In this document: positions 38,268-47,240 of the stretch, one piece after another
How positions within the stretch are numbered: the stretch's first letter is position 1
Layout: each line of letters begins with the position of its first letter
Source of the DNA: a virus
Strand: one strand, 5' to 3'
DNA: 64,000 nt
IMG/VR virus record: IMGVR_UViG_3300028400_000004
Location: 1 to 64,000 of that record
Notes under the pieces: model-generated
Databases searched by the model: none
Told to the model about the DNA's origin: nothing
What the model saw: only the letters and a program-made list of their open reading frames with translations
Program-made: the position numbers and the translations under genes

Positions 38268-38296
38268 ATTATACAATTCAAGTTTCTATAAGTCAA
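38268..38296 (-). promoter_or_regulatory. sigma70 promoter
   Basis: TTGACT-N17-TATAAT. Confidence 0.8.
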
Positions 38297-38354
38297 CCCC
38301 AGAACATGGCTCCTTAAAACAAATTAATAATACCTAAATATTACTTTTTTAATT

Positions 38355-38666
38355 TTATATCCTGCATCCACAATGTTTACATAATTTATGCACTTTAGCA
38401 CAATCATCACATAAAATATCAACGTTAGTATTCCCAAATAATAACTCTTTACCGCACGCAGCACATTCTGTTTCTGTGACGGCACTGCCTCCAGCCAGTG
38501 GTCCATAATAGCATAATACACATAAGTTTTTAGACTTTCTTATGTTCTTATCAGGATCATTTTTTAGTTTATCAGCAAACTCTATATAATTTCTAATTCT
38601 GCTTCTAGTGGTGTTAGTCCACAACTCAATATTACCTTTATTGAACTTTTTTCTAGGAACTTTCAT
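38355..38666 (-). CDS. Cys-rich zinc-finger protein
   Basis: Four CxxC pairs (CVLC, CAAC, CDDC, CKHC). Confidence 0.7.
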   Translation of the reverse strand: MKVPRKKFNKGNIELWTNTTRSRIRNYIEFADKLKNDPDKNIRKSKNLCVLCYYGPLAGGSAVTETECAACGKELLFGNTNVDILCDDCAKVHKLCKHCGCRI

Positions 38667-38689
38667 AAAAATTACCTATTATAAATATT

Positions 38690-38851
38690 TTATACAATTT
38701 CCCAAGCGCCTGTTGTTTTATAAATTAATACTGGTTCGTTAGACTTTCTTGCCCTTTTATGTCTTAACCTTTTTAGAAGTCTTTTATCATTTATTAATGC
38801 CTTTTTAGGCTTACGCATTGCACAAGATTTCTGCCAGCTTTTCTTTTTCAT
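38690..38851 (-). CDS. small basic protein (53 aa, below ORF-track cutoff)
   Basis: MKKKSWQKSCAMRKPKK...AWEIV*; AGGT RBS; fills the operon gap. Confidence 0.5.
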   Translation of the reverse strand: MKKKSWQKSCAMRKPKKALINDKRLLKRLRHKRARKSNEPVLIYKTTGAWEIV

Positions 38852-38853
38852 AA

Positions 38854-39093
38854 TTAATACCTATTAAATTTTAGTTTATATATTCTTGATATATTCTTTA
38901 TTTTATTACGTTTATTCCTAAATACCAAACATTCTCTTTCCTCATACTTAGACTTCCTAGTATTTACCATTACTAATTTTTTGAACTCTCTATAATCACG
39001 CTTACCCTGCCAGAAATATTTAATATGTTTTTTCCTGTGTGATCTAATTAAATCGTAAAACCTACTTCCAAATACATTTTTAGTATCAAACAC
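38854..39093 (-). CDS. basic hypothetical protein
   Basis: 79 aa, GAGG RBS; has a tandem paralog upstream. Confidence 0.65.
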   Translation of the reverse strand: MFDTKNVFGSRFYDLIRSHRKKHIKYFWQGKRDYREFKKLVMVNTRKSKYEERECLVFRNKRNKIKNISRIYKLKFNRY

Positions 39094-39095
39094 AA

Positions 39096-39328
39096 TTAAG
39101 CCTCACAAACATAATAATTTATAATAAATTGATATATAATTTTTACATTACCTATTTCATTATATTTATTTCAAAAACTGATTTAGGTCTTCTACTATTC
39201 AAAATAAGTAACTTCTTATACTTTCTATATTCCCGCTTGACATGCCATCTATATTTAATATTACTTTTTTTATAATTATTGATTAAATTATAAAACCTAT
39301 AACCAATCATTTTATTATAGTTAAACAT
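39096..39328 (-). pseudogene. frameshifted tandem paralog of 38854-39093
   Basis: RFYNLINNYKKSNIKYRWHVKREYRKYKKL aligns with RFYDLIRSHRKKHIKYFWQGKRDYREFKKL; stop at 39152, similarity resumes in another frame. Confidence 0.6.
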
Positions 39329-39337
39329 TATTAAACC

Positions 39338-39940
39338 TCACAAACATAGTAACTCATAATAACTCAATATATCTTTATAAATATTTTTAATTAAATCATT
39401 ACTTATGCTTTTCAAAGTTCTATTACAAAAGCCTATGGTACTATCCACAGGATAACCGCACATTTCCACATTTTCTATGAAATAAGAAACATATTGACCT
39501 TTATTATCAATAAACAAATGCTCATAATTTCTAATTACATAAAAATCATCAGATAATAAATCAATTGTATTGATTAATGTTGTTTTTGTAAAACTTACCT
39601 TTAATAACAAATTATATAACGATAAATAATTATCCTTTATATATGAATCAAAATTACCGTTATCTACTATTTCAAATAATCTAATAAACTTATTAGTATC
39701 TTTATTAGTAAATTTTTTGAACTCTGCAATACACTTGTAATTTCCAACTTTATTATACCAATAAATTAAACTTATTAAGTGATGCTTTATCTCATCATCG
39801 CTAATAAAAGGATTTTGTACTATAAAATCATGTAGTAATTGTATATTCTTAACAGAAAAATTTTCTTTTGCTAAACTATCTAACTCCAGTTCTACTTTTA
39901 AGAACGTGTCTGAAAAAAGTATTCCTTCTTCATATAGCAT
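39338..39940 (-). CDS. hypothetical protein
   Basis: 200 aa ORF, AGGA RBS. Confidence 0.65.
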   Translation of the reverse strand: MLYEEGILFSDTFLKVELELDSLAKENFSVKNIQLLHDFIVQNPFISDDEIKHHLISLIYWYNKVGNYKCIAEFKKFTNKDTNKFIRLFEIVDNGNFDSYIKDNYLSLYNLLLKVSFTKTTLINTIDLLSDDFYVIRNYEHLFIDNKGQYVSYFIENVEMCGYPVDSTIGFCNRTLKSISNDLIKNIYKDILSYYELLCL

Positions 39941-39955
39941 AATTAAAACATCCTG

Positions 39956-40624
39956 CTATGTTAAATTTAAGTTTAGGCCATAATCATTAACAAACTTATT
40001 CACTCTTTTATATACTTTTATCCTATCGATACCTGTCTCTGTCCATAGTAATAATTTGTTAATAATACTATATAAGCAAAAATTTAAAGCATGTAAAGAA
40101 TCGCCATAGTAGCAAAAGCAGCAATGGTAAAAATCAAAGTGTTTTTCAAGTACGTTTACAACCGACTCTCCATTATTAATATTCTTAAATATCTTGTTTA
40201 ATTCCTTATTAAAAATAACCTGAACACCATTGCTCAGTTTAATTAAAAAATACTTATCATTTTTATCTGTATAAAGATAATCTACATATCCATAATAATC
40301 TATAACATCTTTTATATATAAATCAAAATCTTTAGGATTAAAAACTACAAATAAATCTATGTCTGTAAATTTTCCAAAATAAAATAACGTATATAGGCTG
40401 CTACCGCTAATAAAACAATTATTAGCATTAAGCACTTCCTTTCCATAATATCTATTTACTATCTTTATAGTTTCTTCTAATTTGCCTTTATATAAATTTT
40501 TAATGTTTAATAGTTTATCTTTATAATCATCAATCCATTTATTATAATCATAACCTCTATCAGAAATATATATTTTAAGAGGAACCAAATTACCTTTCCC
40601 GGTATAAATATTAATCATATCCAT
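39956..40624 (-). CDS. Pol-beta superfamily nucleotidyltransferase-like protein
   Basis: FISGS...TDIDLF...VQVI...FDFYHC motif series. Confidence 0.72.
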   Translation of the reverse strand: MDMINIYTGKGNLVPLKIYISDRGYDYNKWIDDYKDKLLNIKNLYKGKLEETIKIVNRYYGKEVLNANNCFISGSSLYTLFYFGKFTDIDLFVVFNPKDFDLYIKDVIDYYGYVDYLYTDKNDKYFLIKLSNGVQVIFNKELNKIFKNINNGESVVNVLEKHFDFYHCCFCYYGDSLHALNFCLYSIINKLLLWTETGIDRIKVYKRVNKFVNDYGLNLNLT

Positions 40625-40643
40625 TATAGCTCCTTAAACATTT

Positions 40644-40826
40644 TTACTTTAACCTGTACTTATCTCTACATCTCGCACAAACACCATCTACCAGTCTAGG
40701 GCTTTCTTTATCACAATAATCGCATACTCCAGGTTCTCCTTTAGGAATTTCTCTATTAACTCTACTAAGGTTGTCCTTCAACCAACGCTCATAATATTCA
40801 TTTGCAACGTCAATTTTGTCTGCCAT
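40644..40826 (-). CDS. TraR/DksA-like C4 zinc-finger protein
   Basis: MADKIDVA (DxxDxA) N-terminal helix, CDYC...CARC. Confidence 0.8.
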   Translation of the reverse strand: MADKIDVANEYYERWLKDNLSRVNREIPKGEPGVCDYCDKESPRLVDGVCARCRDKYRLK

Positions 40827-40856
40827 TAAAATACCTTTTTAATTTGAATTTTCCAT

Positions 40857-40886
40857 ATTATAACATGACGCAAAACATCATGTCAA
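40857..40886 (-). promoter_or_regulatory. sigma70 promoter
   Basis: TTGACA-N18-TATAAT with extended TG. Confidence 0.7.
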
Positions 40887-40955
40887 CCTATAAAATATAC
40901 ATAAACTTAATAATAAATATAATATTATTTATATTTATTATGGAGGTACACTTTA

Positions 40956-41258
40956 ATGATAGACAAAATAAAATACATAATTGAAAACATACCAAGAGAT
41001 AAAATCCTACACTTCTCTGTAGGTATTTTATTATGTATAAATATAACAACTATATTTTCTATAGTGTTTAATCATGTCAACAAAATAACAGTTTCAATAA
41101 CCGCTTTCGTAATTACCTTTATTATACTTTATATAGATGAATATTTTATACAAGCACGTAAGCCTAACAGAAATGCAAAGGATTATAAAGATTTACTAGC
41201 AGGAACTTTGGGGGCACTGTCAATAACATCATTTGTTATTTTAATGATATTACTATGA
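40956..41258 (+). CDS. VanZ-like membrane protein
   Basis: DKILHF...DEYFIQ...R...DLLAGTLG; three TM segments. Confidence 0.7.
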   Translation: MIDKIKYIIENIPRDKILHFSVGILLCINITTIFSIVFNHVNKITVSITAFVITFIILYIDEYFIQARKPNRNAKDYKDLLAGTLGALSITSFVILMILL

Positions 41259-41488
41259 ACCTAGACAAAAACGAAATGATAAAATTAGTCATATCATCAG
41301 TTTTTATAGCAGGGTATTTTATTGTTACTTATATGTTTTTAATAGGTAAAGTATCAGTCAAAGAGGAACTAATACCTACATTACAAATAATCATAGGTGT
41401 ACTTACTGGCGGTGTAGTGCAAGTATTAAATTATTGGATAGGATCGAGTAATGGTAGTGCGGTAAAAACTAATATGATGAAAAAATAA
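41255..41488 (+). CDS. two-TM holin-like protein
   Basis: Two TM helices ending VLNYWIGSSNGS, basic C-terminus. Confidence 0.65.
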   Translation: MNLDKNEMIKLVISSVFIAGYFIVTYMFLIGKVSVKEELIPTLQIIIGVLTGGVVQVLNYWIGSSNGSAVKTNMMKK

Positions 41489-42271
41489 TTACACAAAGTT
41501 TCTCATTTTATTATAAGAAATAAATTGAAAATCTAATCCTTCGTCTTTATATAACATAACTACGCCAGTCCACCAGTCTCCTATACCTGCACTGTTTTTT
41601 GCATACTCTGGAATATAATCAAAATAGTTTCCAACATTTATGGCTATTTTTTGTTTATAACCATATTCTGTTTTAGTTGACATAATATCTACTCCAATCC
41701 TATGTGTGTGTCCAAATACAATATGCGTATTATAAAGTTCTAAGGCTCGTCTACAAACATACTTTCCGCTAATAGGTTGGTTAGCTCCATTCATTGGTAT
41801 ATGCGTAAAACCGACATCTTGTATATAATAAGTGTCCCGGTATCCTACAATCTTCCACCCTTTTTTTCTACAATCCAAGATATCATCTGAATCTATAATA
41901 CCTTCTATTTGCGGATTTTCATGGATGTATGAAACTAACCTATCCTCATGATTACCATAAATATAAACTTTAATAGGGTCATAGATACGTTTCTTGAGTT
42001 TCCTTTTCTTTTTATTGTAACTATCAATATAACTATCTATTATATCTAATGACTCTTTTCCACTTTCTATTTCAATCATTAATCTTTTTCCCTCTGCTAA
42101 TAATGGCTTTCCCTTATTATGCCTGCTAACTGAATCTAATGTTAAAAAATCTCCCATCAATACAATATAATCCGGCTTTTCTTTTATTATAAATTTTCCT
42201 AAAACATGGAATCTATCCTTACTGCAACCAACATCATCATGCACGTCGCCTACAACTAAAATTTTACTCAT
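41489..42271 (-). CDS. calcineurin-like metallophosphoesterase
   Basis: GDVH, MGDF..D, GNHE, GFTH, FGHTH. Confidence 0.9.
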   Translation of the reverse strand: MSKILVVGDVHDDVGCSKDRFHVLGKFIIKEKPDYIVLMGDFLTLDSVSRHNKGKPLLAEGKRLMIEIESGKESLDIIDSYIDSYNKKKRKLKKRIYDPIKVYIYGNHEDRLVSYIHENPQIEGIIDSDDILDCRKKGWKIVGYRDTYYIQDVGFTHIPMNGANQPISGKYVCRRALELYNTHIVFGHTHRIGVDIMSTKTEYGYKQKIAINVGNYFDYIPEYAKNSAGIGDWWTGVVMLYKDEGLDFQFISYNKMRNFV

Positions 42272-42503
42272 TCTTATACCATTCTTTTATGGTATTTAAG
42301 TTACTTATACATTGTTTCAAATCATTTTGAATATTTAGTGTATATTCTACCAAATCCCTATAAGTTGTTCCATTAAATTCTTTATATTCAATTGAATTTA
42401 TATCTGGAAATTTGACCTGCCTATCCTCATAAGACTTTACTAAAACCCTATTTGAGCAGCCTAACAACATCAGCAGGAATAGGACTATCAAGGCATTTTT
42501 CAT
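42264..42503 (-). CDS. o-spanin (Rz1-like lipoprotein)
   Basis: Lipobox LLGC; overlaps the i-spanin. Confidence 0.75.
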   Translation of the reverse strand: MKNALIVLFLLMLLGCSNRVLVKSYEDRQVKFPDINSIEYKEFNGTTYRDLVEYTLNIQNDLKQCISNLNTIKEWYKNE

Positions 42504-42846
42504 TTGGAATCGCCTTTAGACTTTGTAATTTGTTATCCAGTTCCTTATTTTGTTTTAATATATATTTTATTCTTTTCTCCAATAAAGCATTTCTTCTTTG
42601 AAAATCACTTTCAATATTAGATATAGTTAAAGCTAATTCTTTATTGGCTTCTTCATATAAAGCTAATGATTTTTCTGCATCTATTAATTTAGATTGTAGC
42701 CTAAAATAATTTATTATAGTAAAAACAAAAAATATAATAACAAATACCAATGCTAACTCTTTTTTATTGTTTCTTATTTTAGTTATTATATTTTTTGCTT
42801 TCAATAGTAACAATATATTCATTTTATTGTTCTGATAGCATCCCAA
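42448..42846 (-). CDS. i-spanin (Rz-like)
   Basis: N-terminal TM, coiled coil, CLDSPIPADVVRLL end. Confidence 0.75.
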   Translation of the reverse strand: MGCYQNNKMNILLLLKAKNIITKIRNNKKELALVFVIIFFVFTIINYFRLQSKLIDAEKSLALYEEANKELALTISNIESDFQRRNALLEKRIKYILKQNKELDNKLQSLKAIPNEKCLDSPIPADVVRLLK

Positions 42847-43121
42847 ACCACCCTAGCAATTCCAGCAGTAATCATGGTAATCAATGTTATAATCAAAATA
42901 GTAACAGACTTTTCTGATAATTTTCTCCACTTCCTTAATGTTATGAAATCAGTTTGTAACTCTTTTACATTATCAGTATCAAAGCCCAGCTTTTTTAACA
43001 CTTCGTCAACGGCTTCCTCTGCGGCTTTTTTAGCTAAAGATTCCAACTCAGGTTTGGATGCTTGAATCGATTTTTCTACAATCGTTTCAATTAAAATGAT
43101 TTGTTCTTTCTCGTTATTCAT
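42819..43121 (-). CDS. membrane protein, possible holin/antiholin
   Basis: Single C-terminal TM; between endolysin and spanins. Confidence 0.55.
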   Translation of the reverse strand: MNNEKEQIILIETIVEKSIQASKPELESLAKKAAEEAVDEVLKKLGFDTDNVKELQTDFITLRKWRKLSEKSVTILIITLITMITAGIARVVWDAIRTIK

Positions 43122-43560
43122 TTTTGAATATTTCGTTTATTGTCACATATATTTGTTTATTATTTTTATTAATACCAGCCCAAGCGGCGGGCTTTCCAAT
43201 TACCTTATCTTCCCTTACATCTAAATGAAGACCAGGATAAGGTTTCCAATCAGGATAAACACCAATACCAGTAAATCCTAAACTTCTTGCTAGTATAAAC
43301 GCTTGCTTCAATTGGGGAATACTTAATCCTACGCCATTTTCATTTACAGGCATAATATCTATAGCATTAACTTTTCCCCATTTATTTATATTGTGCTGTG
43401 ATTCTGAATTATCATTTCTTCCTATAGCACCTTCTGCTGGACTTATAATTATTCGTTTATGTAAGTGCATCCTATAAATATCTAATAACTTTAATAATAT
43501 TGGATTTATTTGCTCATACCACCCTCTAAACTCCTCCTCTATAAAATATCTAAGTTTCAT
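43114..43560 (-). CDS. endolysin, peptidase M15-like
   Basis: SQH...AIDI...GFTGIGVY...LHLDVR zinc peptidase motifs. Confidence 0.8.
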   Translation of the reverse strand: MKLRYFIEEEFRGWYEQINPILLKLLDIYRMHLHKRIIISPAEGAIGRNDNSESQHNINKWGKVNAIDIMPVNENGVGLSIPQLKQAFILARSLGFTGIGVYPDWKPYPGLHLDVREDKVIGKPAAWAGINKNNKQIYVTINEIFKNE

Positions 43561-43793
43561 AGTTCCATGCCTGCAAATCTATATCTTACAGGCCAGTTAT
43601 CCCACAACTTGTATAAAAAGCAATCATCTGGATGATATATTTTTGGTGTTTTTATTTTTACTTCTTTAACGCTTATAAGTATCATATCTTCTAATGGATT
43701 AGAAAAATCAACCAACATACCTGCCAACGGACCGTCTATCAAAATAGCTTTTCTCATTTTTATAATATTAGCAATATCTAATTTATTTGACAT
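43557..43793 (-). CDS. hypothetical protein
   Basis: 78 aa, coupled overlaps. Confidence 0.55.
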   Translation of the reverse strand: MSNKLDIANIIKMRKAILIDGPLAGMLVDFSNPLEDMILISVKEVKIKTPKIYHPDDCFLYKLWDNWPVRYRFAGMEL

Positions 43794-44094
43794 GTAAATT
43801 CACTATTTCAGAAAGAAGCTCATCATCTGTCGTTGGTGCTATAATTTCTATCTTATAAAACCCTTTAGACATTCCGTTACTCAAAATAATTTGTACTTTT
43901 GTTTGATCACTAGACAAAGTAGGATTACCAACAATGGCACTTGAAGTTATATCTGTACCAGTATCGTCAAATACTTTAACAGATAAATTTCCTTTATTAT
44001 TAGAAGTAGTTAAATTTTCATTAACATTAAGTGGCCATGTGGAAAAATCTACTTCAAACAAGAAAAGATCATTTATTAATTTCCACATGGCCAC
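43783..44094 (-). CDS. putative virion fibre adaptor (beta-sandwich)
   Basis: FEVDFSTW...KVQIILSNG...YKIEI; within the structural module. Confidence 0.5.
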   Translation of the reverse strand: MAMWKLINDLFLFEVDFSTWPLNVNENLTTSNNKGNLSVKVFDDTGTDITSSAIVGNPTLSSDQTKVQIILSNGMSKGFYKIEIIAPTTDDELLSEIVNLHVK

Positions 44095-44099
44095 ACCTA

Positions 44100-44576
44100 T
44101 TATGCGTACTCAACATTCAAAGTGGCTTGGTCATTTGCCAAGTTAGTAGCACCTGCATTGACAATACGTTTTACCCAAACTCTGACATAACTACCAGCAG
44201 CTACATCAGGCAAGGATAACTTAGTCGTAGCATTGTAATGACCAAAAGTAATTCCAGTAGGTGCAGTGCTTTCGTCTGCAATTGAAAGGGTACTTCCTAC
44301 TGAATCTGGCCCCAAATCAAGTTGGGTATCTACGCTAGTAGTTTCTGGGTCAACATAAATACTAATTGCAGTAGCAGTAGCATCTCCAGAATTATAAATA
44401 TCAATGGCACGATATTCTGTATCACCTGCACTTGCTTCAGCGGGGGAAACATCATCAAAAAGATTGTTAAGCGCAGTAGTGCTTAATTGTACGCTAGAAG
44501 AAGTACCGCCCAAGGAAAGATTGGGGTCTGAATTAGAAGCCCCGCCAGTATAACGAAATTCTAGGACAGCAGCCAT
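44100..44576 (-). CDS. virion structural protein
   Basis: SNSDPNLSLGG, NNLFDDVS.AEA.AGDTEYR, VWVKRIV. Confidence 0.7.
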   Translation of the reverse strand: MAAVLEFRYTGGASNSDPNLSLGGTSSSVQLSTTALNNLFDDVSPAEASAGDTEYRAIDIYNSGDATATAISIYVDPETTSVDTQLDLGPDSVGSTLSIADESTAPTGITFGHYNATTKLSLPDVAAGSYVRVWVKRIVNAGATNLANDQATLNVEYA

Positions 44577-44649
44577 TTATTTATTACCTCTTAATTGTAT
44601 ATTTTTGTTTATTTTATGTCACTAAAAAACTACAACAAAATAAAAGTAT

Positions 44650-45954
44650 TTATGATCGTTGTTTTGCATAAAAAATTCTATCCCTAGTTTTACTAAAAAT
44701 CAATCTTTCTCTCGTTGAAGCGTTTATAGTAACCGCAGGTTTCAATTCTAATATACCTAGCTTCCAAGCAGTTACTAATAAAGTATTCTTAAATACTTTC
44801 CAGGCTATGTTTTTTGTAATCAATGATTTTATATTCCAAGACAAACTTGCTACTTTATTTGTTAATATATTCCAAGATGTTGTATTTTTTATTTTATTAA
44901 ATACCTTCCAATAAGATAAAGCTGTTTTTATTGTAAGTATATTCCAAGACACTTCATTATAAAAAGTATTTAAAAGTCTCCAAGCAGTAGTTTGTGTTAT
45001 TTTTGTTTTTACATTCCAACTAGAATTAGAATTATTTGATATTAGTATTTTCCAAGATGTATCTAAAGAATTATCAGTCTTTATATGCCAAGCAGTGTTT
45101 GCTGAAGATGTATTAAATATTTTCCAAGCAGTGTTTATAGAGACTAACCCAGAAGTAAGTATTCTCCAAGCAGTATCAACAGGCTTCTTTATAAATACTT
45201 TCCAAGCAGTGTTATTTGTTATTATATTTTTAATGTTCCAAGCAGTTACTAATGTTTTAGCAATAAAAACATTCCATGAAGTATTAATGTAACTTCTATT
45301 TTTTATGTACCAAGAAGTTAATACATTTTTTATGGTTCTAATGTTATAAGAGGTGTTTCTGCTAAATTTTGTTTTTATGTTATAAGATATATCTATTAGC
45401 TTATTCCCTAATAAGTTCCATGAAGTGCTTGTGTTTAATCTACTTAATAAATTCCATGATGTTTGTTTAACATTTTTAGTTAAAATATTCCAAGCAGTAT
45501 TAATGCTAGAAATAGCAGTAGTTAATATTCTCCAAGAAGTATCTTGCGATTTCTTCGTAAATATTTTCCAAGAAGTATTGTAATTATTTAAGGTTTGTAT
45601 ATTCCATGAAGAATTAATACTATTTAATGTTTGTATATTCCAAGACGTATTACTGTCAACAAAGTTTAATATATTCCAAGAAGTATTATTAACATTTACA
45701 TTTTTAATATTGTATGAGATGCTAACATTATCTATAGTTTTGAGAAGCCATCCAATATCAGTTTTGTTTGATGATAATATATTCCAAGAAGTTGCTTTTG
45801 AATATAATGTAAATAATTTCCATGATGTAACAGTCGTTAATAAATTATAAATCGAGCTTGGTTGTTCAGTTAATGGCCCTAAAAATGGCCTTATTTTCCA
45901 TATACCAGAATTTGAATCTGTCCAAGGTCCCCAAGTATCTAAACGCCAAGCCAT
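44650..45954 (-). CDS. 11-residue Trp-repeat fibre-like protein
   Basis: About 30 repeats of (N/D)T(S/A)W(N/K)I with period 11. Confidence 0.75.
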   Translation of the reverse strand: MAWRLDTWGPWTDSNSGIWKIRPFLGPLTEQPSSIYNLLTTVTSWKLFTLYSKATSWNILSSNKTDIGWLLKTIDNVSISYNIKNVNVNNTSWNILNFVDSNTSWNIQTLNSINSSWNIQTLNNYNTSWKIFTKKSQDTSWRILTTAISSINTAWNILTKNVKQTSWNLLSRLNTSTSWNLLGNKLIDISYNIKTKFSRNTSYNIRTIKNVLTSWYIKNRSYINTSWNVFIAKTLVTAWNIKNIITNNTAWKVFIKKPVDTAWRILTSGLVSINTAWKIFNTSSANTAWHIKTDNSLDTSWKILISNNSNSSWNVKTKITQTTAWRLLNTFYNEVSWNILTIKTALSYWKVFNKIKNTTSWNILTNKVASLSWNIKSLITKNIAWKVFKNTLLVTAWKLGILELKPAVTINASTRERLIFSKTRDRIFYAKQRS

Positions 45955-47240
45955 TAAATCACCTCAACGGCTGGGTCAACATAAACTGTGATATTAGGTG
46001 AGGCTACATGAAAAACAATTTCTGCATGGGCATCTCCTGCTACATCGGCTGGGATGGAAATATCAATATATTGTGCATTTGGCGTTGTTAGTCCAGTCCA
46101 AGAACTCGTTGTATCTATGGGTAATGTTGTCCCTGCGATATGCGGAGAAACTGGATGCGTCTCAACAACAACTCCAAGACCAGTAGAAGGTTTGCGATAT
46201 TTGGCGACTGCCCAAATATCTTGATCCGTTAAAGTCGCACCACCATCTTGAGAAAAATAAATGCGAAGCGTTTTCGCAGTAGATAAGTCAAGAATTTTGC
46301 GATCGATAGGAATAGCAAAACTTTTAACACCAGTCTTAGTTACTGATGTAGTAGCTATTGTAATTGATATTGGTGAACCACCTACAACAGCACCACCAGA
46401 ACGGTAAACAGCGGTCGTAATACTTGCCATACCTTCTGCCCAAACCACATCATAACTTCCAGAAGCATTACTATATAAAACTTCACATCCAGATAGAAAA
46501 TCAGCGCCAGGACTTGTGGTTGAGAATAAAGATACTCCATTAGGTATTGGAGTATTTCTAACGATAAGTTTTCCATTACGGGACGCATTAATTAAAGCAC
46601 CAGACGTCATTGATGAAATATCTAAACCATCTATAACAATATGACCGCCATAAGGCGCAATTACACCATCAGTTCCAGGATCAGTAGTTATAGTACACCC
46701 AATAATTTCAGCATTTGCTTCTCCCAAACATAAAATTCTATATCCAGAAGCAGGTAAAATATCACAATTTATAATACGAATCCTGGTTGAGTAGGCAGTA
46801 GAAGTATTTTGCCTTCCAACTATTTTTATATCTGTATTATTTGTTGAAATTTGACAATCATGCAAAAAAATGTCGCAATTTGAATTTGTAGAACCAACAT
46901 TCATCCAATATCCAGTAGTATTATTATGTATTACTAAACCATAAGCTGCCGCAGCACCATTAACATTCTGTCCACTGTATTTCCTAAACCCAGCCCCTCG
47001 CAGATAAGTCTCATCTCCATTGCCTGTACCTGTGGCCCAATCAACTGAAATGATTTCAATTGGAGGACCATTCAATGGATCTGGGCCACTAACTATCTCA
47101 CTTGTACTATGTGCAGAATCAACCAAAATTCTATCACCATTAGTAAAAGGAATAGCTCCTAAAGTAGCATAAGGCAATGCCTTAGTTCCGTCTGCCGTAG
47201 CATCATCTCCATTAACACTAGACAAGTAATACAAAGCCAT
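45954..47240 (-). CDS. beta-helix (pectin lyase-like) virion protein
   Basis: YYLSSVNGDD...DGT...PYATL...GDRILV N-terminus; beta-rich. Confidence 0.65.
   Translation of the reverse strand: MALYYLSSVNGDDATADGTKALPYATLGAIPFTNGDRILVDSAHSTSEIVSGPDPLNGPPIEIISVDWATGTGNGDETYLRGAGFRKYSGQNVNGAAAAYGLVIHNNTTGYWMNVGSTNSNCDIFLHDCQISTNNTDIKIVGRQNTSTAYSTRIRIINCDILPASGYRILCLGEANAEIIGCTITTDPGTDGVIAPYGGHIVIDGLDISSMTSGALINASRNGKLIVRNTPIPNGVSLFSTTSPGADFLSGCEVLYSNASGSYDVVWAEGMASITTAVYRSGGAVVGGSPISITIATTSVTKTGVKSFAIPIDRKILDLSTAKTLRIYFSQDGGATLTDQDIWAVAKYRKPSTGLGVVVETHPVSPHIAGTTLPIDTTSSWTGLTTPNAQYIDISIPADVAGDAHAEIVFHVASPNITVYVDPAVEVI

Noticed and set aside
39338-39940. Eighth member of the 9.6-15.2 kb paralog family (ends IKNIYKDILSYYELL)
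   Set aside because: Only one short motif matches, at the wrong end of the protein; may be compositional
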